A DNA stretch of 64,000 bases from a candidate division TA06 bacterium B3_TA06 (lineage in GTDB: Bacteria > Hydrothermota > Tepidihabitantia > B3-TA06), in NCBI GenBank assembly GCA_005223075.1, contig NJBO01000003.1, forward strand, positions 9,902 to 73,901, written 5' to 3'. The position numbers and the translations under genes are program-made. Positions 46,375 through 55,463 of this stretch are shown here, piece after piece (the first letter of the stretch is position 1; each line of letters starts with the position of its first letter). Under the pieces are notes generated by a model. It worked only from the letters and a program-made list of their open reading frames with translations. It made no database searches and was not told where the DNA came from.

Positions 46375-46725
46375 ATGAGCAGGATTGAAGATTTCAAAAA
46401 AGAGCGCGAGCGGCTGCACAAGAAGCTGATGGAGTTCGCGGGAAAGAATATGAAGACGTTCCATCACCTCGACTGGCAGACATATCAAGAGGGTGCTCTC
46501 GATGCAAAGACCAAAGAGCTTCTGGGACTGGTGGCCTCGCTTGTGCTGCGATGCGAGGACTGCATCACCTACCATCTTATCAGATGCAAGGAGGAAGGGG
46601 TTACATCTGCCGAATTCGAGGAGGCCCTGATGGTGGGATTAATGGTGGGCGGTTCTATCGTAATCCCCCATCTGAGAAGGGCGGTTGATCTGTGGTGCGA
46701 CATGAAGGAGGGAAAAAATGACTGA
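46375..46725 (+). CDS. Carboxymuconolactone decarboxylase / AhpD-like family protein
   Basis: 116 aa; CEDCITYH motif typical of AhpD-like CxxC...H. Confidence 0.7.
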   Translation: MSRIEDFKKERERLHKKLMEFAGKNMKTFHHLDWQTYQEGALDAKTKELLGLVASLVLRCEDCITYHLIRCKEEGVTSAEFEEALMVGLMVGGSIVIPHLRRAVDLWCDMKEGKND

Positions 46726-47296
46726 TGAACAGAAAAAGGAGCTTTTCTCAAACCTTATCCACAAGGTAAGTCAGGCCACGCGTCCCGTAACACAACCTGA
46801 CTCTTCCCTTTCATCTTCTGAAGCACAGTCAGGCGACGATGCCGATGCCAGGCTTCAGGCAGTATGTGATCTCCTCAAAGAAGAAGTTCCCCACTACGAC
46901 TGGGTAGGATTCTATCTGGTAGACCCCAACAAGGAACGTGAACTTGTTCTCGGCCCATTTGCCGGCGAACCCACCGAACACGTTCGCATCCCCTTCGGCT
47001 ACGGCATATGCGGGCAGGCCGCTGAGCGAAAGAAGACCTTTATGGTCCCGGACGTTGCCAGGGAGCAAAACTATCTCTCTTGCAGCCCGCACGTCAAATC
47101 CGAGATCGTACTGCCCGTACTCAGACAGGGCGAGGTGATGGGGGAGCTGGACATTGACTCCAACACCCTGAATGCGTTTTCGGAGGAGGACAGGGCTTTC
47201 CTCTTAAAGGTCTGCTACGCCGCTACCAGGCTGTTGCAGCGCTCACAGGAGGCAAGAAAAACCCAGTACCCGTACCCCTTCGGGGCATTCTCATAA
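46718..47296 (+). CDS. GAF-domain free methionine-(R)-sulfoxide reductase-like protein
   Basis: 192 aa; WVGFYLV ... ICGQAA motifs typical of fRMsr-type GAF domains. Confidence 0.7.
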   Translation: MTDEQKKELFSNLIHKVSQATRPVTQPDSSLSSSEAQSGDDADARLQAVCDLLKEEVPHYDWVGFYLVDPNKERELVLGPFAGEPTEHVRIPFGYGICGQAAERKKTFMVPDVAREQNYLSCSPHVKSEIVLPVLRQGEVMGELDIDSNTLNAFSEEDRAFLLKVCYAATRLLQRSQEARKTQYPYPFGAFS

Positions 47297-47513
47297 TTAT
47301 TCGGAGCTTACGCTCCGCGCACAAGGAGATAACACCCGTAACACGCCTTGCGTAATATAGATGATAAGTTGCATTGGCAGGAGATTTAAAAATCGGAGGT
47401 TTTGGAAATGAATAGCTCAGTAAGCAGTTATCCCTTCATCAGACAAGGGGCTTAAGCCCCTTGTTGGGAGATTGTAAGACAGAGAAGAAAGAAAAAAATC
47501 AAAGGAGAACGAC

Positions 47514-47675
47514 ATGAAGCGCTACGTCTGCAACGTGTGCGGTTACGTGTACGACCCCGGGGTAGGCGATCTGGATTCGGACATCCCTGCTGGAACCGCG
47601 TTTGAGGATCTACCGGATGATTGGACATGTCCGGTGTGCGGCGCGTCCAAGGACGACTTCTCGCCCGAAGAGTAG
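47514..47675 (+). CDS. Rubredoxin
   Basis: Not in ORF track (53 aa); SD aaaggag; [53 protein letters not shown] with both CxxCG knuckles. Confidence 0.85.
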   Translation: MKRYVCNVCGYVYDPGVGDLDSDIPAGTAFEDLPDDWTCPVCGASKDDFSPEE

Positions 47676-48523
47676 AATCAACCGGGATCTAATCCCCCTG
47701 CCACCAATAACAAAAAGAAGAAGGATACGAATCCAGGCCTTCCTTACAGCATGCGAGGCAACGGATGGGGATGAGTAAACTCCTTTTCACTTGACTTCGC
47801 ATATAAAGTATCTATAATAAGCGTAGGATGTTTTTGAGATATTAGGGATGAGACGGAAGATACCGCAAAAACAGAAGATGAGGAAAATAATATGGAGTGT
47901 AGGATCAGCGAGGGACAAGGAGAATTCTCTGTCCTGCTGCCTTTAAGACAATCAAATCAATGCTCCTACATCGTCTTTTGCACGGGAGAAGGAAAGAAAT
48001 CCACCCGCTCAAGGATCATCGCTGTAGGAACGATACTCGATTCCCACCTTGCAAAAGAGCTCTCAACCCGGGAGGACACACTTCCCCCTCACCGATGACA
48101 GATTCTGGACAACTTTACTGAGAGACTCAAAGACGAGTATACTTTTCAGAATCCGCTATGAAATTATCCATTAGGATAACTCTAAAAATGGATTGCCAAG
48201 AGCCCCTTTTGCAACTCTATAAATTACGCAACTTAACTGAAGGCAACCTGGCACGACGCTTGCTACCCTCCAGAACGAATGGAGGTTGTGATGAAGCTAA
48301 ACATAGAGAAGAAGGAAAAGGAGCGTTTGAAGAAGGAGTTGATCCGCAAGCTTGAGGCGAGAATCCGCCAGGCTCAAACTGCGGATGCAACCCGCGCCTA
48401 CTAGATTAAGATTCAATGCCTCCTCATAAAATGCGGCTCCCCTGTGGGGGGGCCGCTTCCTTTTACCCCAAACCGACGCTGCGCATTGCTTTGGGGACCC
48501 GATCTGGTTTGTAAGGTGTTTGC

Positions 48524-50020
48524 TTACTTAAAGACCGTGATTACAATCCTGCGGTTTAGAGCGCGCCCCTCCTCGGTCTCGTTCGAGGCCACAGGCTCTT
48601 TAGAACCCAAGCCCCTCGCGGTGATAAGATTCGGACTTATCCTCTCCACCCCAACGAAGTAGTTTCTTACAATCTCGGCCCTGGCCGCAGAGAGTGCCTG
48701 GTTGTCCTTATACCTCTCTCTGAACCCCTCGGCTAGAGGAACGTTATCGGTATGCGCCTCGACCCGCAACACCTTCCCCGGATAGTTGGCAAGGAACTCG
48801 CCAATCCTGGCAAGAACTCGATATCCTTCGGGGAAAGGTATCTGGGCCGAGCCCTCGTCGAAGCGGATCGCCTGCTCGGTCACGGTGATACGAACCAGGC
48901 TGTCGCTATCCACTATACCAAGCCCGTGGATACGGCCCACCTCTTCAAGCGCCTCACGTCTCAGACGCTCGATATCCGCACGTTCCCTCTCAAGGGCAGC
49001 GCGCTCCTTTTTGATTTGATCAAGCTCTTCACGTAAGCGGTCGCGCTCACGCGCCAGTGCCTCCTCACGCAGACGCCTTGCACGCTCGGCCTGCTCTGCT
49101 AAGATACTGTCCTTCTCAGCCTTGCGGGCATCGCCGAACAAGACGTTTAAGGAAAACTGGTGAAGAATCATCGAGGTATCGGCAGCCCCGTAGTTTAACG
49201 CCGTGCCGTAGCAAAGCTCGAAGTCCGTCTTCTGTAGCCGGTGTGTGCGCAGGGTTACGCCCAGGGTGGGTGAAAAGCCTGAAAGCTCATCCGTCCCGTA
49301 GCGTATCCCGGCACGCAGTCCAAGATGATCGCGAAACAGATAGGCCTCTGTGCCTAAATGAAGCTTTAAGACATTCTCTCTGAATCTCAAAGCCAGATCG
49401 CCGGCCAAAAGAAGGGATGAGAAGGGTCCCGATCCATTAAGCACCGGTTCCCAGACAATCCCGGTATGGACAATAGGGGATGAATAAAGATCAAACGCCG
49501 TCTCCACCACGGATAATCCCAGGCCAAGCCCTTTCGGTAAAGAAACCAAGCTGCCTATGGAAAAGAAAGCGCCTTTCGTAAATCGCTCTTCAAAGGCGTA
49601 GCGGTCAGGTTGCTCCGGGCTTCTCCAGATACTATGAGTGCCAAATGCCGCACCCAAGTTGAAGTGTTTCCCCAAGGGAACGGCCCAAAAGAAGCGCGCA
49701 TCTGCATCACCGCTTCCCCTGTCTGCCATGCCGGGGATATGCCAGTAGAAGAGATTTCCCCCTATGCTGCCCAGGCCACGCACCGGCTGAACATAGCTAA
49801 AGCTCCAGTATCTATTCCAACGGTACAGCGTGGCAGACAGAGCCGTAACCGGCCGCATCCATCTAGCGGGCAATGCAGGATTGGTGAGAGCGGAGAACGC
49901 ATCATCAGCGACTGCCACCTGATCACCTCCCAGGCCTAAGGTGCGTGCGGAGAAGGATACATCCTCGAATGCCGAAAGGCCTCCTGCCGCAAGAAGCAGC
50001 ACAACCAGACGCTTTATCAT
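48524..50020 (-). CDS. OmpA-family outer-membrane protein with coiled-coil linker
   Basis: 498 aa; signal peptide; C-terminal OmpA-like peptidoglycan-binding domain (NQALSAARAEIVRNYF ... NRRIVITV). Confidence 0.8.
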   Translation of the reverse strand: MIKRLVVLLLAAGGLSAFEDVSFSARTLGLGGDQVAVADDAFSALTNPALPARWMRPVTALSATLYRWNRYWSFSYVQPVRGLGSIGGNLFYWHIPGMADRGSGDADARFFWAVPLGKHFNLGAAFGTHSIWRSPEQPDRYAFEERFTKGAFFSIGSLVSLPKGLGLGLSVVETAFDLYSSPIVHTGIVWEPVLNGSGPFSSLLLAGDLALRFRENVLKLHLGTEAYLFRDHLGLRAGIRYGTDELSGFSPTLGVTLRTHRLQKTDFELCYGTALNYGAADTSMILHQFSLNVLFGDARKAEKDSILAEQAERARRLREEALARERDRLREELDQIKKERAALERERADIERLRREALEEVGRIHGLGIVDSDSLVRITVTEQAIRFDEGSAQIPFPEGYRVLARIGEFLANYPGKVLRVEAHTDNVPLAEGFRERYKDNQALSAARAEIVRNYFVGVERISPNLITARGLGSKEPVASNETEEGRALNRRIVITVFK

Positions 50021-50150
50021 TAAAATCCTCCGGGATGATCCATTTCAGTTGAAGGATAGCCCGCAAGAGAGAAAAGTCAAATTAACCATTAAGGACAACA
50101 AGACGCATGGGCCGACGGGAAGGTCGGCCCGGCTGAGCCTCTATCCTTCT

Positions 50151-51796
50151 CTAACGCAGCAGGATGACCTTTTTTGTCGCCGTCTTAGCAGATTGAAGGC
50201 GAATAAAGTAGACGCCGGGCGAGTGGTGTGTTACGGGCCAGGTGATTGTGCCGGATGATCCGCTGACGTGCAATTCATCCACCTTTCTGCCCACCGCGTC
50301 GAAGACAGCGAAGCTGGCGTGGAAGCCTTGAGGCATATCGAAGTATTGCAGGACGATTTGACGTCCGACCGAAGCTGAGAGCCGCCAATTGGATGGATGT
50401 GTTACGGGTGTTACGGGCGGCTCCTCGGAAATGCCTATCCTCGCAAGATCCGCAACGGGGAAGAAATCCGAACCCTTATCATCTCCACAGCTCGCAATCG
50501 TAGCCACCTTATTGGAAGCCATCACGTGGTAGATCGCATGGGCTGTTGCGTCGCCAAGTGCACTGGTGTAGCGGTAGTACTCCCCTGTGTGTAGAGTTCC
50601 CTGCCAGATTTCTGTTTTGTCTCCTCCATCTCGTGGAATCCTTGTCACTGTGACCTCCGTACTGTCTTTGAATGCGACAACATGAAGTCGAGAATAATAA
50701 TCCCTGCCGCCTCCGGAAAGTGATGTCTCAACGGGGAGATAAAACTCTGTTCCTAGACCGGTGCCGCCTCGGTCTATTCCCCGAACCATGTAGAAGGCAA
50801 TCATGCTTGCACCGTAGCTGGCCCAGGGAGTCTGAGCAACCGAGATATCCTTATCCGCATGTATGTAAAGGGCTATCCTCTGAGGCATATCCATTCCCTT
50901 GATCTCACCCTTTTTAGGACACACCACCTGCCAGATCGTATCAGCGGGATCATCAAGATCGGTAACGACAACCGTTGCATCGTCTTCCCAGGGGATGATG
51001 TTCAAATCCTGAGATGCCTCTGTCCAGTTATGACAATAGGTAATGAAATCCTGACCGGTGAAGGTTCCGTTGAACGCAGGTGCGTATGTGCCTACAACCC
51101 CGCTGAGCCCGCTGAGAGTCACCGCCGACACAGGCTTGGTTGACTCAACCGAGAAGATTAAGGGATGGGGAGTCGGAGAGTCTTGGAGATAATACTCGGC
51201 GCTATCCAGATCGCCCTCCCATATTATTCCACCTTCATCTATATCGCGAACAACGACATGGGTACTATCGTAATAGGCGAAGACAGCTATAACCGCATCG
51301 CTTACAGAAGAGATTTTGGGCCCCACAGATAGAGCTTGGTACTGAGTGGGCTGTTGTTTCCATCCACCGCGTACCAGCAGCCTAATCCTTCAATAAACGG
51401 ATCGCCACTGAGAACCGAAAACCCTTTGGGGGCAATAATTCTGTATACACCTGCGGCGAGATCGCTTACCAGTTTATACTCCTCCTCCATCAAGGTATCA
51501 AACCAGACGGACTGACCATCGGAGTCTACTACCTGGAATTCGGTCGAATCAGCCTAGGAAAAGATCACCACATCGCCGTAGGTATACACGTAGGTGGCAA
51601 AGGTATCCTCTTCGGACAACGCGGGGAATTGAAAGCGCCCGACAGTATGGGTGGGTTCGGAGTCATCAAGGACAGACATCAGTATGCCGCCGACTGCATA
51701 ATCCGACCACTGGTTCTCACCCGATCCGTAGAGGACAAACCCAGCGCCCATAACCAACACCACCAGCACCGCACTCCAAAACACGTTTTTCTTCAT
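50151..51796 (-). pseudogene. Disrupted gene for a T9SS-CTD secreted protein (in-frame TAG plus frameshift)
   Basis: Three consecutive ORFs (51554-51796 with signal peptide; 51302-51493; 50151-51326 ending in T9SS-like CTD GVYFIRLQSAKTATKKVILLR); segments 1 and 2 are in the same frame separated by TAG at 51551-51553; segments 2 and 3 differ by a frameshift near ggggccc/aaaa runs around 51320. Confidence 0.5.
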
Positions 51797-51998
51797 GCCT
51801 ACCTCCTCTTGATTGTTTTAACCTCGGCTGCATCGAGCAGCCCCCACTTACATAAAAGAACCTGCTTCCCTCAATATAGTCTTTTTCAAAAAGATGTCAA
51901 GTGAATCGTGGGAGGCCGCGATGTTCATGCTCTTGACAGGATTAAGATATTGGGATTTCAGGAGTTGACATAAGGCCCTTCCGGAGTTAAAGTTAGAT

Positions 51999-52628
51999 AT
52001 GCGGACAACAATCTATTTGATAAGACATGGAGAGTGTGCCGGCAATCGGGAAGGACTGTTCAGAGGCAGATATGACTTTCCCTTAAACGAGGTAGGACGC
52101 AAGCAGGCCATCTGGTTGGCTGAAGAACTCAAAGACGTAAAGTTCGACGCGGTCTACACCAGTCCACTTTCCAGGGCTATGGAAACTGCTGAGGCGATCT
52201 GTAGAAGTCAAGGGATTGAGCCGATCGTAGAACAGGGCTTTAATAACATCCACCTTGGTTCCTGGGAGGGTAAGCCTAAGAAAGAAATCGCCGAGCGATT
52301 CCCCAAAGAATTCAGACTGTGGCGCAGTGAACCGGAGAAGCTAAAGATGAAGGGTGCCGAAACCCTGTCCCAGGTACAGGAAAGGGCTGTTGCCACGCTC
52401 GTAAGAATTACCAAAGAAAGGATGGGAGGAGGGTTCGCGGTGGTGACCCACCGTGCGGTGCTCAAGCCGTTGATTGCCGGTATCTTAGGCATCCCTGCCC
52501 CCTACTTCTGGAAGCTGCACCCGGAAACTGCCTCCTATTCGATAATTGAGCACACCCCCCGGGGGTACGCGCTTTCGTTATTTAACCAGACCAAGCACCT
52601 GAAGGAGTTCATCCGTGAAGATGTATAG
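51999..52628 (+). CDS. Histidine phosphatase (phosphoglycerate-mutase-like) family protein
   Basis: 209 aa; catalytic RHGE motif in LIRHGECAGN. Confidence 0.8.
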   Translation: MRTTIYLIRHGECAGNREGLFRGRYDFPLNEVGRKQAIWLAEELKDVKFDAVYTSPLSRAMETAEAICRSQGIEPIVEQGFNNIHLGSWEGKPKKEIAERFPKEFRLWRSEPEKLKMKGAETLSQVQERAVATLVRITKERMGGGFAVVTHRAVLKPLIAGILGIPAPYFWKLHPETASYSIIEHTPRGYALSLFNQTKHLKEFIREDV

Positions 52629-53760
52629 GTCATTATTGATTCTGGGACTGGTTGGTGTGAGTTACGGGCAGGTAGAGATCAACGGTCAATACGAGAACGT
52701 GTTAAGTGTCCAGCACATCAAGAACTTCTCGATTCTTGATCTCAACAATCTTCTCTTCTCGGTGGAAGGCGACCTGGGCTCATCATCCTTCCTGCACGCA
52801 GATGCCGAGGCCTCGCTTCCGTTCGGATCGGTTGATGTCAACCTGCTGGATTTTGTGCCTGATTCCCTGGCTGATATGATCCCCGATTCCCTCAGATCTC
52901 TATACGACTATAAGCTGGAGCCCTCGTTCCGCATATCAAATGCCTACATGTCCATCTCATGGAAGAGGCTGGTGGTGAGGTTGGGCAAGCAGCCCCTGGC
53001 CTGGGGCACGGGATATGTGTGGAATCCCACCGAGATCATCGCCCCCAGGCTGGCGTACGATCCCAGTTATCGCAGGGACGGCGAGAACGCATTAAGGCTT
53101 TCGTATTCGTGGAGATACGGCGGAGGAGCGGAAGTGATTGGTGTGTTGCGGGGCAGACCGGATAGCAGTATGGCGATCTTAAGGCTCAAGGAGAATCTTT
53201 TAGGCTTCGACCTTGCCGCAATCGGCGCCTGGCTCTGGGACACCACCACAACTCCAGATACAACTCGGAGAAGATTGATGCTGGGCGGTCAGTTCGCGGG
53301 TGAGATAGGCAACATCGGCCTGTGGGCCGAGGGCGGATATAACCTATATGAAGAAGATCCATTGAGTTACGCTGAGTTTGTAGTGGGTGCCGATCACACC
53401 TTCACCTTTCGCACCCACGTTATGGCCGAGTATCTTTACTACGGGAGAGGTTTTGACTCTGCAGATGACTACACCTTCACCGGTTGGCTGGAGAGGGCAT
53501 CTGGGCTTCGTAAAGCGATGGGGCAGCATCTGTTATATGTTGGCGCGGATCAGACGATTATAAGCTTCCATAATGTGGGCATCTCCGCGATCGTGAGCCC
53601 GGTGGATGGCTCCGGTATCGTAATCCCTCGATTGAGCCTGAACCTCGCCGACAACCTTGATCTATCCGCGTTCGGTTTGATCTCCTTCGGGGACGAAGAA
53701 TCGGAGTTTGGCGCTGCACCAGTCAAGGGCGGAATTTTGAGATTAACCGGATACTTCTGA
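52615..53760 (+). CDS. Putative outer-membrane beta-barrel protein
   Basis: 381 aa; signal peptide MYRSLLILGLVGVSYG; C-terminal aromatic residue (…LTGYF). Confidence 0.45.
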   Translation: MKMYRSLLILGLVGVSYGQVEINGQYENVLSVQHIKNFSILDLNNLLFSVEGDLGSSSFLHADAEASLPFGSVDVNLLDFVPDSLADMIPDSLRSLYDYKLEPSFRISNAYMSISWKRLVVRLGKQPLAWGTGYVWNPTEIIAPRLAYDPSYRRDGENALRLSYSWRYGGGAEVIGVLRGRPDSSMAILRLKENLLGFDLAAIGAWLWDTTTTPDTTRRRLMLGGQFAGEIGNIGLWAEGGYNLYEEDPLSYAEFVVGADHTFTFRTHVMAEYLYYGRGFDSADDYTFTGWLERASGLRKAMGQHLLYVGADQTIISFHNVGISAIVSPVDGSGIVIPRLSLNLADNLDLSAFGLISFGDEESEFGAAPVKGGILRLTGYF

Positions 53761-53835
53761 TCTTCTCAGCCACAGACCGTTGAAGTTACGGAGTTCTAAC
53801 CTGTTTCCTTTCCGATGCTTAGCGACAACTCAGGG

Positions 53836-53863
53836 TTGACACCCTCCTTAAAAAGGTTATAAT
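53836..53863 (+). promoter_or_regulatory. Consensus promoter TTGACA-N16-TATAAT upstream of the RRM protein gene
   Basis: ttgaca 53836-53841, tataat 53858-53863; ~45-nt leader with SD. Confidence 0.55.
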
Positions 53864-53908
53864 ATAACGTTCGAGGTGCCACCAACGGCACCAATAAGGA
53901 GTAAATAG

Positions 53909-54193
53909 ATGCGTTTATTCGTCGGAAACCTTCCCCGCTCCTACGAGGAGGAAAAGGTACGCGAGATCTTCGCTGAACACGGGGAAGTAAGTAAGGTAGC
54001 GGTTCCCAGAGATCGCTACACTAACGCCCCTCGCGGTTTTGCTTTTGTAGACATGCCGAATGACGAGGAGGCCAAGGCGGCCATTGAAGCCACTAACGGA
54101 ACAGAGCACGAGGGCCGCCAGATTAGAGTAGAGGAAGCCCGCCCTCCACGCGAACGCGGCGGCTTCTCCAGAGGCGGTGGAAACCGCTGGTAA
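53909..54193 (+). CDS. RRM-type RNA-binding protein
   Basis: 94 aa; RNP-2 LFVGNL and RNP-1 RGFAFVDM; Gly/Arg-rich C-terminus. Confidence 0.85.
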   Translation: MRLFVGNLPRSYEEEKVREIFAEHGEVSKVAVPRDRYTNAPRGFAFVDMPNDEEAKAAIEATNGTEHEGRQIRVEEARPPRERGGFSRGGGNRW

Positions 54194-54257
54194 AACAAAA
54201 AGATACCTTTCTCGTCATTCTTGACAGTTAGTTGATCGAGATCGAGAGAAAGTGATA

Positions 54258-54290
54258 GGGGCCGACTTCAGGTCGGCCCCTATCTTTTAT
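54258..54290 (+). terminator. Intrinsic terminator after the RRM gene
   Basis: ggggccgac-ttcag-gtcggcccc followed by tatcttttat. Confidence 0.65.
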
Positions 54291-54339
54291 ATCACAGGGC
54301 ACCCTGGATCGACCAGCCAACTGATCAACTAAGCGGGGA

Positions 54340-54367
54340 TTGACAGGGAAGCTTTGTCCCATATACT
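54340..54367 (+). promoter_or_regulatory. Putative promoter TTGACA-N16-TATACT
   Basis: ttgaca 54340-54345, tatact 54362-54367; upstream of the small Lys-rich ORF. Confidence 0.45.
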
Positions 54368-54435
54368 TCTACCCTAAGGAGGCAAGCTTACTGCCTCTAT
54401 GTGAGGTAAACGCTCTTTAATGTAATGGAGGAAGC

Positions 54436-54537
54436 ATGGGAAAGGCAAAAGCCCCTATAAAGAAGAAAACCGCCAAGGCGACCAAAAGGACCTCTAGGAA
54501 GAAAAAAGCCGGCGGCAAAAAGAAGCGCAAGAAGTAA
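54436..54537 (+). CDS. Small lysine-rich basic protein (33 aa), hypothetical
   Basis: Not in ORF track; SD ggagg 5 nt upstream; MGKAKAPIKKKTAKATKRTSRKKKAGGKKKRKK. Confidence 0.3.
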   Translation: MGKAKAPIKKKTAKATKRTSRKKKAGGKKKRKK

Positions 54538-54589
54538 TTTGGTCTTGAGCCCATCGGGTTGTAAGCTCTGGTGGTCAGTGAGATTAGTA

Positions 54590-54723
54590 GCGCAGACCTT
54601 TAGGTCCGCCTTTATTTTTAGCGAGGCTAATACCCTATGAGCGCATAAAGCGCTCAAGGGGCACGCTGAGCCTCGCACTACATGCTGTGTGCTATACATG
54701 TAGTGCGGGACTTTAGTCCCGCT
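54590..54723. repeat. REP-like hairpin cluster upstream of IS200-like gene
   Basis: gcagacctttaggtccgc, ccctatgagcgcataaagcgctcaaggggcacgctg, cgcactacatg...catgtagtgcg, gcgggactttagtcccgc. Confidence 0.65.
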
Positions 54724-54789
54724 AAATAAAACTCAACGAAAAGGAAAGGTTAGGTTGACAAAAAACATGGTCTGATTTACTCTAACCCA

Positions 54790-55248
54790 ATGAGGAAGAA
54801 GCGAATACGCCTCAAGTCTTTCGATTACCTGGGTGCTTACAGATACTTCGTGACCATCTGCACGCATAACCAGAAGCAGGCATTCACCAGCGAGGGGCGC
54901 GTAAGAACCGTCTCTGACATTCTGAAAGAAACCGCTGAGCAGGAAGGATTCACGGTCTGGGCCTGGTGTTTCATGCCGGATCATTTGCACATCCTTGTCG
55001 AAGGTGTTAATGAGAAATCCGATCTCCGCCGGTTCATGAAGATATTCAAACAGAAAAGCGGCTATCAGTGGAAGCAGATTGAAGGCGAAAAGTTATGGCA
55101 GGAAGATTACTTCGAGCGCATCCTGCGGCGGGAAGAAACCACCCCAAAGGTCATAGAATACATTCTCAACAACCCTGTGCGGCGTGGTTTGGTTTCTTCT
55201 CCGGAGGAGTACCCCTTCTCCTATTCTCTTTTAGACAACAACATGTAG
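54790..55248 (+). CDS. IS200-like Y1 HUH transposase (RAYT-type)
   Basis: 152 aa; HUH motif DHLHILV, YILNNPVRRGLV region; flanked by REP-like hairpins; stop codon lies within the conserved catgtag REP terminus. Confidence 0.7.
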   Translation: MRKKRIRLKSFDYLGAYRYFVTICTHNQKQAFTSEGRVRTVSDILKETAEQEGFTVWAWCFMPDHLHILVEGVNEKSDLRRFMKIFKQKSGYQWKQIEGEKLWQEDYFERILRREETTPKVIEYILNNPVRRGLVSSPEEYPFSYSLLDNNM

Positions 55249-55441
55249 CGCGGGACTTCAGTCCCGCAGCGAGTCTAAAGACTCGCTCTACACGAATATA
55301 ATCTGGAATTGTGATCAGTCAAGGTAGAACATGTAGCGTGAACCCCAGAGTGCCCCCTTTGGACATTAGGTTCGCAGCGAGTCTAATACCCTATGAGCGC
55401 ATAAAGCGCTCAAGGGATACGCTGAGACTCGCACTACATGT
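55243..55441. repeat. REP-like hairpin cluster downstream of IS200-like gene
   Basis: gcgggacttcagtcccgc, gcgagtctaaagactcgc, ccctatgagcgcataaagcgctcaagggatacgctg, tcgcactacatg. Confidence 0.65.
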
Positions 55442-55463
55442 CTTATTCCACAAGAGAAGCAAT

